Below are positions 1 to 9,360 of a stretch of 64,000 nt of DNA, piece by piece. A program made the translations under genes and the position numbers. This DNA comes from an uncultured delta proteobacterium (GTDB lineage: Bacteria > Desulfobacterota > Binatia > UBA9968), in NCBI GenBank assembly GCA_963745835.1, contig CAVUZH010000003.1, positions 992,001 to 1,056,000 of the forward strand. The letters run 5' to 3'. The notes under the pieces are model-generated. The model saw only the letters and a program-made list of their open reading frames with translations, searched no databases and had not been told where the DNA came from. Position 1 is the stretch's first letter, and each line of letters opens with the position of its first letter.

Positions 1-1530
1 CGCGTGTTCTGCTGAACCCTTGAGGAACTCTCCGTACTCGCCCGCATCGGGCACTTTAAGTGCTGTGGCGCTGACTTTTCGTTCCGGGACAAAGCCGCGC
101 AATTGTTTTCTTCGTTCCAGTAAGTATTGGGTTTCAGGACTGTCTAGCGGTGGACGGTAAAAAGGCGTTTCGACAACTTCCTCATCCGGCAGCGGAATAT
201 CGAAACGTGTGCGAAACTCGCGCAGCTCCCGTTCGTTGAGCTTCTTCTGCTGGTGAGTAATGTTACGGCCTTCTCCTGCCTCCCCCAAACCGTACCCCTT
301 GACGGTTTTGGCCAAGATAACCGTCGGCGCGCCTTTGTGTTCGACCGCTGCCTTATAGGCTGAATAAACTTTTGCCGGATCATGACCGCCCCGCAGCAAT
401 TTACGTATTTGATCGTCGGTGAGGTGGTTCACTCTCTCCAAAAGCTCGGGATACTTGCCGAAGAAGTGTTTGCGAGCATAGCTGCCCGGCTCTACCGAAT
501 ATTTCTGATAATCTCCGTCTACCGCCTCCTCCATTCTTTTGAGCAGCAATCCATCATTATCCGCTTCAAGTAGCGGGTCCCAATTTGACCCCCAAATGAC
601 TTTGATCACGTTCCAGCCCGCACCCCGAAAAAGCGATTCGAGCTCTTGAATGATTTTCCCGTTGCCGCGCACAGGACCGTCGAGCCGTTGCAGGTTGCAG
701 TTCACAACCCAGATTAGGTTATCTAGATTTTCGCGAGACGCCACTGTGAGTGCTCCAGAGGCTTCGGGCTCGTCCATCTCACCGTCGCCTGGAAAACACC
801 AAACTCGTGGCTCTTCGCCGCTCAATAAGCCCCGGCTTTTTAAATACCGATTAAAGCGCGCCTGATAAATCGACATGATCGGCGCCAGCCCCATCGATAC
901 TGATGGAAACTGCCAGAAACTGGGCATTAGATACGGATGAGGATAGGATGAGACACCGCCAACGTTTGATAGCTCCTGTCTGAAGTGATGAAGCTTGGGC
1001 GCGTTGATTCTCCACTCCACATAAGCGCGCGAATACGATCCGGGAGAAGCATGGCCTTGAAAATAGATCATATCCGCGTTGTTATCGCCGTCGCTTCCTC
1101 TGAAAAAATGATTTAGCCCAACTTCATAGAGAGTTGCCGCAGACGCATAAGTCGAGATGTGGCCGCCGATATCGGCATGGAGTCGATTGGCTTTAACCAC
1201 CATCGCCATGGCGTTCCAACGCACGTAGCTCTTGATCCGCCTTTCGATCTCGCGATTTCCTGGATACTTCGGCTCTTTCTCTGCCGGGATAGTGTTGAGG
1301 TAGGGTGTGCTGATCCTGTCGGGGACTTTGAGCCCTGATTCGCGTAAACGATCCGCAAGCTCGTCCAGAAGGTGACCAGCTTGTTCCGATTCTTCATTCT
1401 TTAGAATATATTCGAGTATGTACTCCAGCGAAGCAACCCACTTGTTTCGATCGCTCTTGAGTCCTTTGCCGTTGCCACGGTTGGTTTCAGGTTTGGGAGT
1501 CTGAGCCGCGTCTTTTTCTTCTCGCTCCAT
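1..1530 (-). CDS. aceE: Pyruvate dehydrogenase E1, homodimeric type (5' part; runs off window)
   Basis: Manual translation from ATG 1530 (GGAGA RBS): YLNTIP, RWNAMAMVVKAN, GGHISTYAS, YFQGHASPG, WQFPSVSMGL, GDGEMDEPE (TPP motif), NCNLQRLDGPVRGNGKIIQELE. Missing from the ORF track because there is no stop inside the window. Confidence 0.95.
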   Translation of the reverse strand, partial: MEREEKDAAQTPKPETNRGNGKGLKSDRNKWVASLEYILEYILKNEESEQAGHLLDELADRLRESGLKVPDRISTPYLNTIPAEKEPKYPGNREIERRIKSYVRWNAMAMVVKANRLHADIGGHISTYASAATLYEVGLNHFFRGSDGDNNADMIYFQGHASPGSYSRAYVEWRINAPKLHHFRQELSNVGGVSSYPHPYLMPSFWQFPSVSMGLAPIMSIYQARFNRYLKSRGLLSGEEPRVWCFPGDGEMDEPEASGALTVASRENLDNLIWVVNCNLQRLDGPVRGNGKIIQELESLFRGAGWNVIKVIWGSNWDPLLEADNDGLLLKRMEEAVDGDYQKYSVEPGSYARKHFFGKYPELLERVNHLTDDQIRKLLRGGHDPAKVYSAYKAAVEHKGAPTVILAKTVKGYGLGEAGEGRNITHQQKKLNERELREFRTRFDIPLPDEEVVETPFYRPPLDSPETQYLLERRKQLRGFVPERKVSATALKVPDAGEYGEFLKGSAEHA

Positions 1531-1586
1531 GGAAATCTCCTAGCCGTTTAGCAGACAACAAAAAGTCACCGAAATCAACTAACCCG

Positions 1587-2306
1587 ATGCAATATATCGA
1601 ACTTACTCTGCCTGATCCAGCAAGCAATCTCGCCTGCGATGAGGCGTTGGTTGAACTGTTCGAAGCCCAACGCGCACCGGATAGTCTCCTGAGAATCTGG
1701 GAACCCAAAAACCATTTCATTGTGTTGGGTCATTCGAATCGTATCGATTCCGAGGTGGATTTGGCAGCGTGTGAGTCCGAGCGACTGTCGATTTTTCGCC
1801 GTTTGAGCGGCGGCGGAACTGTTATGCAGGGAGCTGGCTGTCTGAACTATAGTTTGATATTACGAAATGGCGTTGACATTCCTCTGGGCATCGCAGAATC
1901 GTTCCAGGTTGTGTTAGAGCATCATAAGCAATGCATTCAAGAAATGATAGGGGATCGTGTGGACATTGCCGGTGTAAGCGATCTTGTTATCAATGACCGG
2001 AAATTTTCCGGCAACGCGCAATATCGCAAGCGCCGGTTTACTCTAGTGCACGGGACTTTTTTACTCAATCTAGATCCGGCAATCGTTGCTCGCTGTTTAC
2101 GGCTACCATCGAAACAGCCGGCCTATCGTCAGAACCGATCCCATGACTCTTTCATGCGCAATCTTCATCTAGATCCGAACGACGTGCGTAAAGCACTAAA
2201 AGCGGCATGGTCTGCAAGTGATCAATTCACCGAAGTTCCAAACGCCATGATCGACGATCTTAAGAAGAGCCGCTATGGGCGGCCAGATTGGACACGCAAA
2301 TTCTGA
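1587..2306 (+). CDS. Lipoate-protein ligase A family protein
   Basis: NLACDEAL, RRLSGGGTV, KFSGNAQ, HGTFL motifs; divergent from aceE. Confidence 0.88.
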   Translation: MQYIELTLPDPASNLACDEALVELFEAQRAPDSLLRIWEPKNHFIVLGHSNRIDSEVDLAACESERLSIFRRLSGGGTVMQGAGCLNYSLILRNGVDIPLGIAESFQVVLEHHKQCIQEMIGDRVDIAGVSDLVINDRKFSGNAQYRKRRFTLVHGTFLLNLDPAIVARCLRLPSKQPAYRQNRSHDSFMRNLHLDPNDVRKALKAAWSASDQFTEVPNAMIDDLKKSRYGRPDWTRKF

Positions 2307-2376
2307 AGGATCGATTACGGGAACGCATCAGATTATTGGTCGGCGACGCTTCCCGTGAAAGAGACGTGATAAAAAG

Positions 2377-2453
2377 TGGTGGCGGTGGGCGGAGTCGAAC
2401 CGCCGACGCCGCGGATATGAGCCGCGTGCTCTGACCAACTGAGCTACACCGCC
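2377..2453 (-). tRNA. tRNA-Met(CAT), elongator type
   Basis: GGCGGTGTAGCTCAGTTGG...CGCGG-CT-CAT-AT-CCGCG...GGTTCGACTCC...ACCA; G1-C72 paired, so not initiator. Confidence 0.92.
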
Positions 2454-2488
2454 GTGGAATTCTAAATTAAGCTGGGATGGCGAAAAGA

Positions 2489-3238
2489 TCAAGGAGCACG
2501 GAGCTTGGGCTTTTTGCTCCAGTTGTCGTGGACCAAGCTCTTCTGAACAGTTTTCGTTCCTCGCTTGATTTGAAAGAGGACTTTCTCTTCAATCGCAAGA
2601 CAACTCAATTTATTCCCGTAAACAAGCCCGGTATCCAATCCGATTTTGTACGGAAGATCGAATAGCGCTTCTTTTTGCGGAGTGTGCCCGAATAGAACGG
2701 TGAAAGGAAGTTTGTGCGGATTTCGAATAAACTCGCCCCGAATCCAATACATCTCCGTGGCGGTTTGTTCTTCTAACGTTTTAAGCGGCTGAATTCCCGC
2801 GTGAACGCATAGATACGGTTTTACCAGGTAGAAGGTCTCAAGATTCTGATAAAATCTTAAATGTGCTGGTGGAAGTTGTTCGGCAACTTCAATGCCGCCG
2901 AAGGTACGCGCGTGGATGCCATAACTGGCGAGAGTAGCAAGGCCGCCATTGCTTAAAAAAACATCTCCATGGTTCCCTGACAAGCCCAGGTAGTCCAAAA
3001 ACATGTCCTCATGATTCCCCTTCAGAAAAACTGCTTCTACGTTCGCTTGCTTCGGAAGTTCCAAGAGGTAAGACACTACACCCATGGAATGAGGACCACG
3101 GTCAATATAATCGCCCAGGAAAATCAGGCGGTCACCGTGTTCAACAGGCAACTGTTCAATGAGATAGCGGAGTTCGGCTAGACAACCGTGTATGTCTCCA
3201 ACCACATAAGAAGTCATTACCCGCTCATCGTAGGTCAC
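2489..3238 (-). CDS. Calcineurin-like metallophosphoesterase (Ser/Thr protein phosphatase family)
   Basis: GDIHG, GDYIDRG, GNHE, HAG, GHTP, LDTG motifs. Confidence 0.92.
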   Translation of the reverse strand: MTYDERVMTSYVVGDIHGCLAELRYLIEQLPVEHGDRLIFLGDYIDRGPHSMGVVSYLLELPKQANVEAVFLKGNHEDMFLDYLGLSGNHGDVFLSNGGLATLASYGIHARTFGGIEVAEQLPPAHLRFYQNLETFYLVKPYLCVHAGIQPLKTLEEQTATEMYWIRGEFIRNPHKLPFTVLFGHTPQKEALFDLPYKIGLDTGLVYGNKLSCLAIEEKVLFQIKRGTKTVQKSLVHDNWSKKPKLRAP

Positions 3239-3281
3239 TGCGACTCATACTTCAAACTGCGCATACGTGGTCGATAAAAAA

Positions 3282-3310
3282 TTGACGCAAATCATCGCAT
3301 TTGATAAAAG
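3282..3310 (+). promoter_or_regulatory. Putative sigma70 promoter, probably giving a leaderless mRNA
   Basis: TTGACG-N17-TAAAAG with TG extension; ATG at 3317 lies 6 nt after the -10 and has no SD. Confidence 0.45.
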
Positions 3311-3316
3311 AACGCA

Positions 3317-3691
3317 ATGAAGATCCGTGACGTTTACTCTAGCTATCCCCTTATGTTGGGAATTTTGTGTCTATTTCTCGGCGCTGGAAATTGGATTGTT
3401 GGCATTTCTGAGAGTGCGAAATATCAAGCGCTATTACACAAAACCGCACAGACGGGCCTAGAAGAATCTTACCGCAGCTTCCAGGAACTCGATCAACAAA
3501 AGAATGAAGAGGTTCTGCTGCGAATCAATAAAGACAGGGAGAGGTATAATGCCGCGCGTGTCAAATTAGACTTTTACCACGTCGTTCTGATTGGCGGACG
3601 CTGGCTACTACTGATTGGAGCTGGGATAACTGTCGCATCGATCATCCGCCTGATACGCCGGGATGCTCCCATGAGTATCTCGGCCACTTAA
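3317..3691 (+). CDS. Hypothetical membrane protein (two TM helices flanking a coiled-coil)
   Basis: 124 aa ORF with hydrophobic ends and a charged helical middle. Confidence 0.7.
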   Translation: MKIRDVYSSYPLMLGILCLFLGAGNWIVGISESAKYQALLHKTAQTGLEESYRSFQELDQQKNEEVLLRINKDRERYNAARVKLDFYHVVLIGGRWLLLIGAGITVASIIRLIRRDAPMSISAT

Positions 3692-3695
3692 TGAG

Positions 3696-4718
3696 CTATT
3701 TGGACGGCTTCGATTTCTGATATTTACGGTAATCGTATCCAGTGGCCATGGCGAGTAGTATATCTTCCATTCCACCGGTCTTCTCGCGTCTCAGAATGAG
3801 CAATCGTTCATAGAACTCTTTGAAATCTTTATACACTCGTTGATTTTCGTCTACCTTACGCAGAAAAAAATCCTTAATACGAGTAACCGTGAACCGCAAT
3901 GCTGAGAAGCGTAGTTCATTAGGAAATGAATCCCACTCTGGAAGGGACAACGGCCGCAAGCTCTCGTAACCAGAAATCAGCGCCTCGAAACGATCGATAC
4001 GATACCTGCCATCGATAAAGCACAGCGCGTTAACGGCGGTAGCTAGATCGTAAATGAGCTTTCCACGACAAGCTGCCTCAAAGTCTAGGACCCCAACCAA
4101 GCGGGTACCCTTAAATTTAACGTTGTCGGGAAAAAGATCTCCGTGGATTATGCCTTTCGGCAAATTGTTGTCCAAATAGTTCTCAAGATAGGAAAATTCA
4201 TCGTCTAGAACCCTTATAATATGCTTCAGATGCGGTGGGAGCTGACGCCGCGCCTCTCGATAAGTCATGACGATCCGGTTGAAACCAAAGCGGTTATCTA
4301 TCCCTTTTTTGTATCCCCGCCCGATTAGATGGAGATTCGCTAAAGCGTTGCCCAAGGCGGTCAAATGCGTCGCAGTTAGCGATTCGACCCCGAGCTCGGC
4401 CCCTTCCAGGTAACGGCTGATGGTAAGTATCTTGCCATTAAATTCCACATAATGGCGACCGGTTTTACTCTTGATCGGCTGCAAACAAGGAAAGCCCTGC
4501 TTTTTCAAATAGAAGAGCAAATCAAGCTCCTGCTTGACTTCTAATTCTCCCTTAATTTCGTCTATTTTAGCGAAAAATCGTCCACGCTTGGTCTCAAGAA
4601 GATAGTGCGTATTTACCGATCCGTTTTTGATTCCGGTGACACTGACGAGTTCGCCGAGGGCAAACTCATCGGCGAGCTTGATAGCGTCTTTTTTCGCCAG
4701 TGTCGTGTAGATAGCCAT
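3696..4718 (-). CDS. thrB: Homoserine kinase type II (APH/phosphotransferase fold)
   Basis: MAIYT start, GSVNTHY, IIHGDLFPDNV, LDFE, YDLA, ALRF motifs. Confidence 0.85.
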   Translation of the reverse strand: MAIYTTLAKKDAIKLADEFALGELVSVTGIKNGSVNTHYLLETKRGRFFAKIDEIKGELEVKQELDLLFYLKKQGFPCLQPIKSKTGRHYVEFNGKILTISRYLEGAELGVESLTATHLTALGNALANLHLIGRGYKKGIDNRFGFNRIVMTYREARRQLPPHLKHIIRVLDDEFSYLENYLDNNLPKGIIHGDLFPDNVKFKGTRLVGVLDFEAACRGKLIYDLATAVNALCFIDGRYRIDRFEALISGYESLRPLSLPEWDSFPNELRFSALRFTVTRIKDFFLRKVDENQRVYKDFKEFYERLLILRREKTGGMEDILLAMATGYDYRKYQKSKPSK

Positions 4719-4784
4719 CTCTTAAGTTACCGACTGATTTCAGGTTTTTAACGAAAGATTCTCACCGAATCGCTAACCCCGCTA

Positions 4785-4813
4785 AATATAATGAAAAAAG
4801 GTGCTTATGTCAA
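4785..4813 (-). promoter_or_regulatory. Sigma70 promoter for thrB
   Basis: TTGACA-N17-TATATT on the minus strand. Confidence 0.65.
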
Positions 4814-5060
4814 TAACCAACTCCGCTCAATCATGGTAAAACAAATCGATTTAGAGTGACCTCATTATAGATATCGGGGCGATCAACACTGGGAGAAATC
4901 GGCCAAACCAGTTCGGAGGAACTTTCTTCTACGGAGCGCTTTTTTGTAAGAAGTCTTCAGAGCTATTTAATTCAATACCGAACCTTGATTGGTAGGCAAG
5001 ATCAACTGATTGATCTTGCTTTGAACTCTGAAAGTGAAGAAACGTGTTATTACACAAGTA

Positions 5061-5069
5061 TGTGGATAA
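5061..5069 (-). promoter_or_regulatory. Single perfect DnaA box
   Basis: TGTGGATAA is the reverse complement of TTATCCACA; located in an AT-rich intergenic region. Confidence 0.35.
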
Positions 5070-5142
5070 ACTTTTCTCTTGACAATTCTACATACGTTTT
5101 CTTAATGTCCTTGACGGTGAGGTTCGGTGGCTTGTCAATAGT

Positions 5143-5171
5143 GGGACACTCTAGCGGCATTGATTTATAAT
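5143..5171 (+). promoter_or_regulatory. Putative promoter for the cold-shock gene, giving a ~110 nt 5' UTR
   Basis: GGGACA-N17-TATAAT; AGGAGG RBS before 5288. Confidence 0.5.
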
Positions 5172-5287
5172 TAGGGGTTCGAGTGTTTGGAATAGACTAA
5201 TGCGCGAGAACGGCTTTGGTCGGGGCACTACCGTAAGATTGGCGTCCGCACTGCTGTAGCCCGGCAAATCGACAGGAGGTTTAGGGA

Positions 5288-5488
5288 ATGGCAACCGGAA
5301 AGGTAAAGTGGTTCAATAATTCCAAAGGGTATGGTTTTATTGAAAAAGAGGGAGGCGGCGATGTGTTTGTTCACTACACCGCCATTCAAGGCGATGGATT
5401 CAAGACTCTTAACGAAGGCCAGTTAGTCGAATTCGAACTATCCCAAGGTGATAAAGGCCCCCAAGCAATTAACGTCACAAAGGTTTGA
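5288..5488 (+). CDS. cspA: Cold-shock protein
   Basis: GKVKWFN, KGYGFI (RNP1), DVFVHY (RNP2). Confidence 0.96.
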   Translation: MATGKVKWFNNSKGYGFIEKEGGGDVFVHYTAIQGDGFKTLNEGQLVEFELSQGDKGPQAINVTKV

Positions 5489-5638
5489 ATAGAAACAACG
5501 AACTGCCCTCCCCGGTGAGCAAGAAAAAGTCGGGTACAGGCAATTGCTGATTTTATACCTAAGAGGGTTGCATAGGTTAACTTGTAGTTCACTCGCTGTT
5601 TATTGCGGGAGAGAAATGGAAGAGAGGAATACTAGATC

Positions 5639-6151
5639 ATGCAAGTGGATAGGGTGAACACGGTCGACGACTCCAAGTTTGGCCAGGACCGACTCCTGAA
5701 TGAGACAGTAGTTCTGACACGTTTAGACAAGGCGATTGGTTGGGCACGCAAATATTCCTTGTTTCCGTACCCGTTTGCGACAGCGTGCTGTGCGATGGAG
5801 TACATGTCGTTATCGATGTCGCCCTACGATATCGACCGTTTCGGCGCGCTTCTGCCCCGCTTCAGCCCACGTCAGGCAGATCTGTTGATGGTGATCGGTA
5901 CTGTGAATCATAAGTTGTCGCCAGTTTTAAAGCGTGTCTATGAACAAATGTCCGAACCCAAATGGGTTATGGCATTTGGTGCGTGTGCGGCCAGCGGCGG
6001 TTTCTATGACAACTACGCCACTGTCCAAGGAATTGATCGCATCATTCCAGTCGACGTTTATGTCCCGGGTTGCCCGCCACGGCCTGAAGCAGTACTTGAT
6101 GGCCTGATGGAGTTGCAGAAGCGGATTGCAAATGCAAAGCAGCCCGTATGA
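5639..6151 (+). CDS. nuoB: NADH-quinone oxidoreductase subunit B family, stand-alone
   Basis: ACCAME, FSPRQADL, GACAASGG, YVPGCPPRPE (N2 cluster ligands); no other nuo genes adjacent. Confidence 0.92.
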   Translation: MQVDRVNTVDDSKFGQDRLLNETVVLTRLDKAIGWARKYSLFPYPFATACCAMEYMSLSMSPYDIDRFGALLPRFSPRQADLLMVIGTVNHKLSPVLKRVYEQMSEPKWVMAFGACAASGGFYDNYATVQGIDRIIPVDVYVPGCPPRPEAVLDGLMELQKRIANAKQPV

Positions 6152-6456
6152 GCGATGAGGTGACAGGCATCCTGCCGCACAACGATGACTTGTTTCACCA
6201 CGGCGTAATCACTAAATTATTCCCATCTAATAACATCGGTATTGTGCGAATCGAGAGCGGCCGCGAGGTCTTCTTTTCGTACGAATTCGTGATTCTTACC
6301 GGCGAAGCCAAATCGCCACTGCATCTAAAGGTCGGACAGCCGGTGGGTTATGACTTGGGGTGGACTCCTAGCGGGCTTCGAGTCACTAAAATAAAGACTT
6401 ATCCGACGAGCAGCGTCGTCCAGGTGGCCGACACTTCAAAGAGGCAGGGAAGTTAA
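6148..6456 (+). CDS. Hypothetical protein with a degenerate cold-shock/OB-fold
   Basis: GVITKLF..NNIGIV..GREVFF..LKVGQPVGY..GLRVTKI parallels the CSD pattern; ATGA overlap with nuoB. Confidence 0.65.
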   Translation: MSDEVTGILPHNDDLFHHGVITKLFPSNNIGIVRIESGREVFFSYEFVILTGEAKSPLHLKVGQPVGYDLGWTPSGLRVTKIKTYPTSSVVQVADTSKRQGS

Positions 6457-7266
6457 CGCCAATATTTGCCTACTCAAGATCTCTCCCACAAATACACCCA
6501 ACAGCGCGATATAGAACAAACCTGTTGCCGCCATCGTGTGCGGAATCAGCAAGGTCCGCCAAATCATCCAAGAGAGAATCAATGGTCCCAGGTATCCGAT
6601 CACGATGCGAGTGATCAACAGGGTCGAGTGATCGGTCCACAGTCTTTCAATTTCCACAACACTTTGGTCGGTGCCGAGAAAGTGCAGCGACAAAAAAGCA
6701 ACTAATGAGAAGCCACTCTGGACCGCAAGAGAGATAACGAAGAATTTAAAGATGCGAACAAATGGGTCAAGTGTCTGGCCGGTATCGATCAAGTACCAGT
6801 GTCCAATAAGCATTCCGACCGTCACACTGCCAAGTAAAAGCGCGGACAGAAAGAAGGATAGCGGGTAAACCAGAGTTTCGATTGAGCCAATTGGTGCCTC
6901 GTAAAAGCTATGAGCACTCAAAAGAAGCCCGGCGAGACCTGCAAGAATACAAGCCGCGAACGATTTGGCTCTGAAGGCTTGTCTTTCACCCCAAAGCGAG
7001 ACGATATAGCAGGCGAAAAAAGCGATGAAGAGAAAATGCGCAATCGTCTCAGCCGCCACGATCCGGCTAAAACTGTCCAATATGCTCCGCAAATAGAGGT
7101 TAGTTTTTCCCCAGAAGCCGAGGACGGCAATTACAAACAGCACGCCACCGGTTGATTTGTAAAACGCCCGATCGAGTTCGTGGAATGGGGTAAATGCCAA
7201 CCCAAAGAGGCCGCCCAGAGCAATTTGATAGAAAAAAAGTAGAAAGCTACTGGAGAATCCTCGCAT
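6436..7266 (-). CDS. Multi-pass (~8 TM) membrane protein, DmsC/NrfD-like
   Basis: Repeated hydrophobic helices; FFLSALLLG, GHWYL, ATGLFY and terminal GEILSR; family assignment is by eye. Confidence 0.6.
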   Translation of the reverse strand: MRGFSSSFLLFFYQIALGGLFGLAFTPFHELDRAFYKSTGGVLFVIAVLGFWGKTNLYLRSILDSFSRIVAAETIAHFLFIAFFACYIVSLWGERQAFRAKSFAACILAGLAGLLLSAHSFYEAPIGSIETLVYPLSFFLSALLLGSVTVGMLIGHWYLIDTGQTLDPFVRIFKFFVISLAVQSGFSLVAFLSLHFLGTDQSVVEIERLWTDHSTLLITRIVIGYLGPLILSWMIWRTLLIPHTMAATGLFYIALLGVFVGEILSRQILALTSLPL

Positions 7267-7268
7267 GC

Positions 7269-7991
7269 TTATTTTTGATTCGGTTTATTCGCGACATGAA
7301 GGCATACTGCGCCAAATAGAAATCGTTGGAGCGTGACCTGCTCGAAGCCGCATTGTTCAAGTAGTTCCGAAACTTTCTCTGGAGGCACAAACTGGCGCAC
7401 AGAGTCCGACAAATATTGATATGCGCGGCGGTCCCTGGCGAGAAAGCCGCCAATTAAAGGCATGAAGCGATAGAAGTAGAACGCATACAGGGTCGCGAAA
7501 AGACCTGCCGATGGCGGAAACATATCCAAAGAAGCCATCCGCCCACCAGGTTTTAAGACTCGGAAAGCCTGAACAAAAAAGAGCCGCAAATCAGAAACAT
7601 TACGCAATACGAATCCCGTCATAACGCCATCAAAAACATGGTCTCGAAATGGCGGCATGAGTGCGTTTGCCTGAAGAAACTCTGTTCTGCTGGACTTTCG
7701 GCTCTGCTGCTTGACTCTCGCCAGCTGTATCATTTTGAAGGAAAAATCCAATGCAACGACTTTGCCTTGGACGCGGAGGGACTTGCCCGCGGCAAACGTT
7801 AGGTCCCCTGTACCGGTGCCGAGATCGAGGATTTTTTCATTGCCGCTTTTAACAACCGCCGACACGGCTTTTTTTCTCCACCAGGCATCCAATCGGAAAC
7901 TGATAACCCGATTGAGTAGATCATATCGACCTGCAATGCGATCGAACATGCGCTGCACATTGTCATTACCCGGATTGTCGACGGATCCCAT
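7269..7991 (-). CDS. menG: Demethylmenaquinone/ubiquinone methyltransferase (MenG/UbiE)
   Basis: MFDRIAGRYDLLN, LDLGTGTGD, LRNV, RVLKPGG, AYQYLSDSV. Confidence 0.88.
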   Translation of the reverse strand: MGSVDNPGNDNVQRMFDRIAGRYDLLNRVISFRLDAWWRKKAVSAVVKSGNEKILDLGTGTGDLTFAAGKSLRVQGKVVALDFSFKMIQLARVKQQSRKSSRTEFLQANALMPPFRDHVFDGVMTGFVLRNVSDLRLFFVQAFRVLKPGGRMASLDMFPPSAGLFATLYAFYFYRFMPLIGGFLARDRRAYQYLSDSVRQFVPPEKVSELLEQCGFEQVTLQRFLFGAVCLHVANKPNQK

Positions 7992-8046
7992 CTATTGACG
8001 CTCAGCGATACTATTCTGATTCCAAACGTAAGAGCGGCCGCGTCGG

Positions 8047-9087
8047 TCAAAAATCTCGATCAATGATGAGCTGAACGAGGGTTTTTAATCCATTGCGATA
8101 CAGAGAGGGGGGGAGCTTCTTGATGGACTTTAGTGCATCTTCAGCATAGTGCTTAGAGATTGTCTTCGCCGCTTCTATAGCGTTTCCGGTTCTCAGCGCC
8201 GCAAGGGCAGCGGCGATTTGATTTTCGCTCGGCTGTTCGCATTCGAAGGCCTCGCAAACGGCGCTTTGCCTGGCTTGCAACGCAAGAATGATGGGCAACG
8301 ATGGATTGCCGTCGCGCAAATCCATCCCAGTAGGTTTTCCTAAGAGCTCAACGTGTCCGACAACGTCAAGAATATCGTCGACTACCTGGAAGGCGATTCC
8401 CATATTGAGACCATAGCGCTCAGTTGCCTCAATTTGATTCGAGTCGGCGCCGGCGAGATAAGCGCCGACTTTGCCTCCAGTATGAAAAAGCGAGGCGGTT
8501 TTCCTTTTGACAATTTCGATATAGTCGTCGAGGGTGACATCTCGGTTGCGATTGAAGTGGCCCTGCAGCATCTCTCCTTCGGTCAGCAGTGAGCAGGCAT
8601 CGGCTGTCCATTGCACAACCCTCTCATCGAACTTTCCTGCAAACTCAAAGGCTTTGATGAAAAGAAAATCACCCGCGACGAGCGTAGATTTAAGCCCAAA
8701 TTTTTTATAGGCCGAGTCTTTTCCGCGACGGGTCTCAGCCCCGTCAATGATATCATCGTGAAGCAGAGTTGCCGTGTGGATAAGTTCCATGGCGGCAGCG
8801 ATATCGACGATATCACTTGCTTTTTTACCTCCAAACGCTAAAAAAGCCAGAATCGTCACGGCCGGACGGACGCGCTTGCCACCGCCGAGAATTGTGTGAG
8901 CTGCAATATCAGTAAGTGATTGCTCGCGAGAACGAATCGCTCGCGCCAGCGTCTCTTCGACGAGTTGAAGTTCTTCGCCAATATAGCGAAAGGGATCGCT
9001 GCGTCCCTGTAGAGAAGGAATTCTGCCTAAACTCGTAAAGGTATCCGGGGAAGATTTTAGCGTCTTGCTTTTTGTCTCGTGGATCAA
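8047..9087 (-). CDS. Polyprenyl diphosphate synthase (IspB/HepT type)
   Basis: GGKRVRP, LLHDDIID, RRG, KTASL, FQVVDDILD, GKPTGMD. Confidence 0.93.
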   Translation of the reverse strand: MIHETKSKTLKSSPDTFTSLGRIPSLQGRSDPFRYIGEELQLVEETLARAIRSREQSLTDIAAHTILGGGKRVRPAVTILAFLAFGGKKASDIVDIAAAMELIHTATLLHDDIIDGAETRRGKDSAYKKFGLKSTLVAGDFLFIKAFEFAGKFDERVVQWTADACSLLTEGEMLQGHFNRNRDVTLDDYIEIVKRKTASLFHTGGKVGAYLAGADSNQIEATERYGLNMGIAFQVVDDILDVVGHVELLGKPTGMDLRDGNPSLPIILALQARQSAVCEAFECEQPSENQIAAALAALRTGNAIEAAKTISKHYAEDALKSIKKLPPSLYRNGLKTLVQLIIDRDF

Positions 9088-9277
9088 AAAAACTCCGTGC
9101 GGCGGAGGCGAGAGAGTTAGCAGGAAAATGTCATAGTTCGATAATCAGGTCAAGCCGATGTCGAATCACGTTTTAGTGGTGCGGATCATCCGGTTTCCGA
9201 AAATCTATGCTTTGTGCGTTTGCGGCCGGAATTCTAAAAGATCCGTCCAATTTTGCGTCGGAAGGTCAACGTTTGCC

Positions 9278-9307
9278 TTGACAAATTCGATGACGCCCTA
9301 ATATATA
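9278..9307 (+). promoter_or_regulatory. Putative sigma70 promoter
   Basis: TTGACA-N17/18-ATATAT/TATATA; strong AGGAGG RBS downstream. Confidence 0.5.
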
Positions 9308-9360
9308 AAAACAAACTACTCTTGATATATCCAGTGAAAGGTTAGGAGGAGGGGAGCTTT

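Noticed and set aside
1113-1397. 94 aa ORF and other short ORFs within 1-1530
   Set aside because: Alternative-frame or antisense shadows of aceE, which is open from 1530 to the window edge
2377-2453. Initiator tRNA-fMet
   Set aside because: Has a G1-C72 pair and lacks three consecutive G-C pairs in the anticodon stem; Ile2 identity cannot be fully excluded by eye
4900-5170. Replication origin
   Set aside because: Only one clear DnaA box and no dnaA, dnaN or gidA context
5557-5578. CCTAAGAGGGTT...TAGG upstream of nuoB as a third copy of the icd/sucC hairpin
   Set aside because: Only a ~5 bp stem and the TCTTAGG arm is missing; too weak to claim
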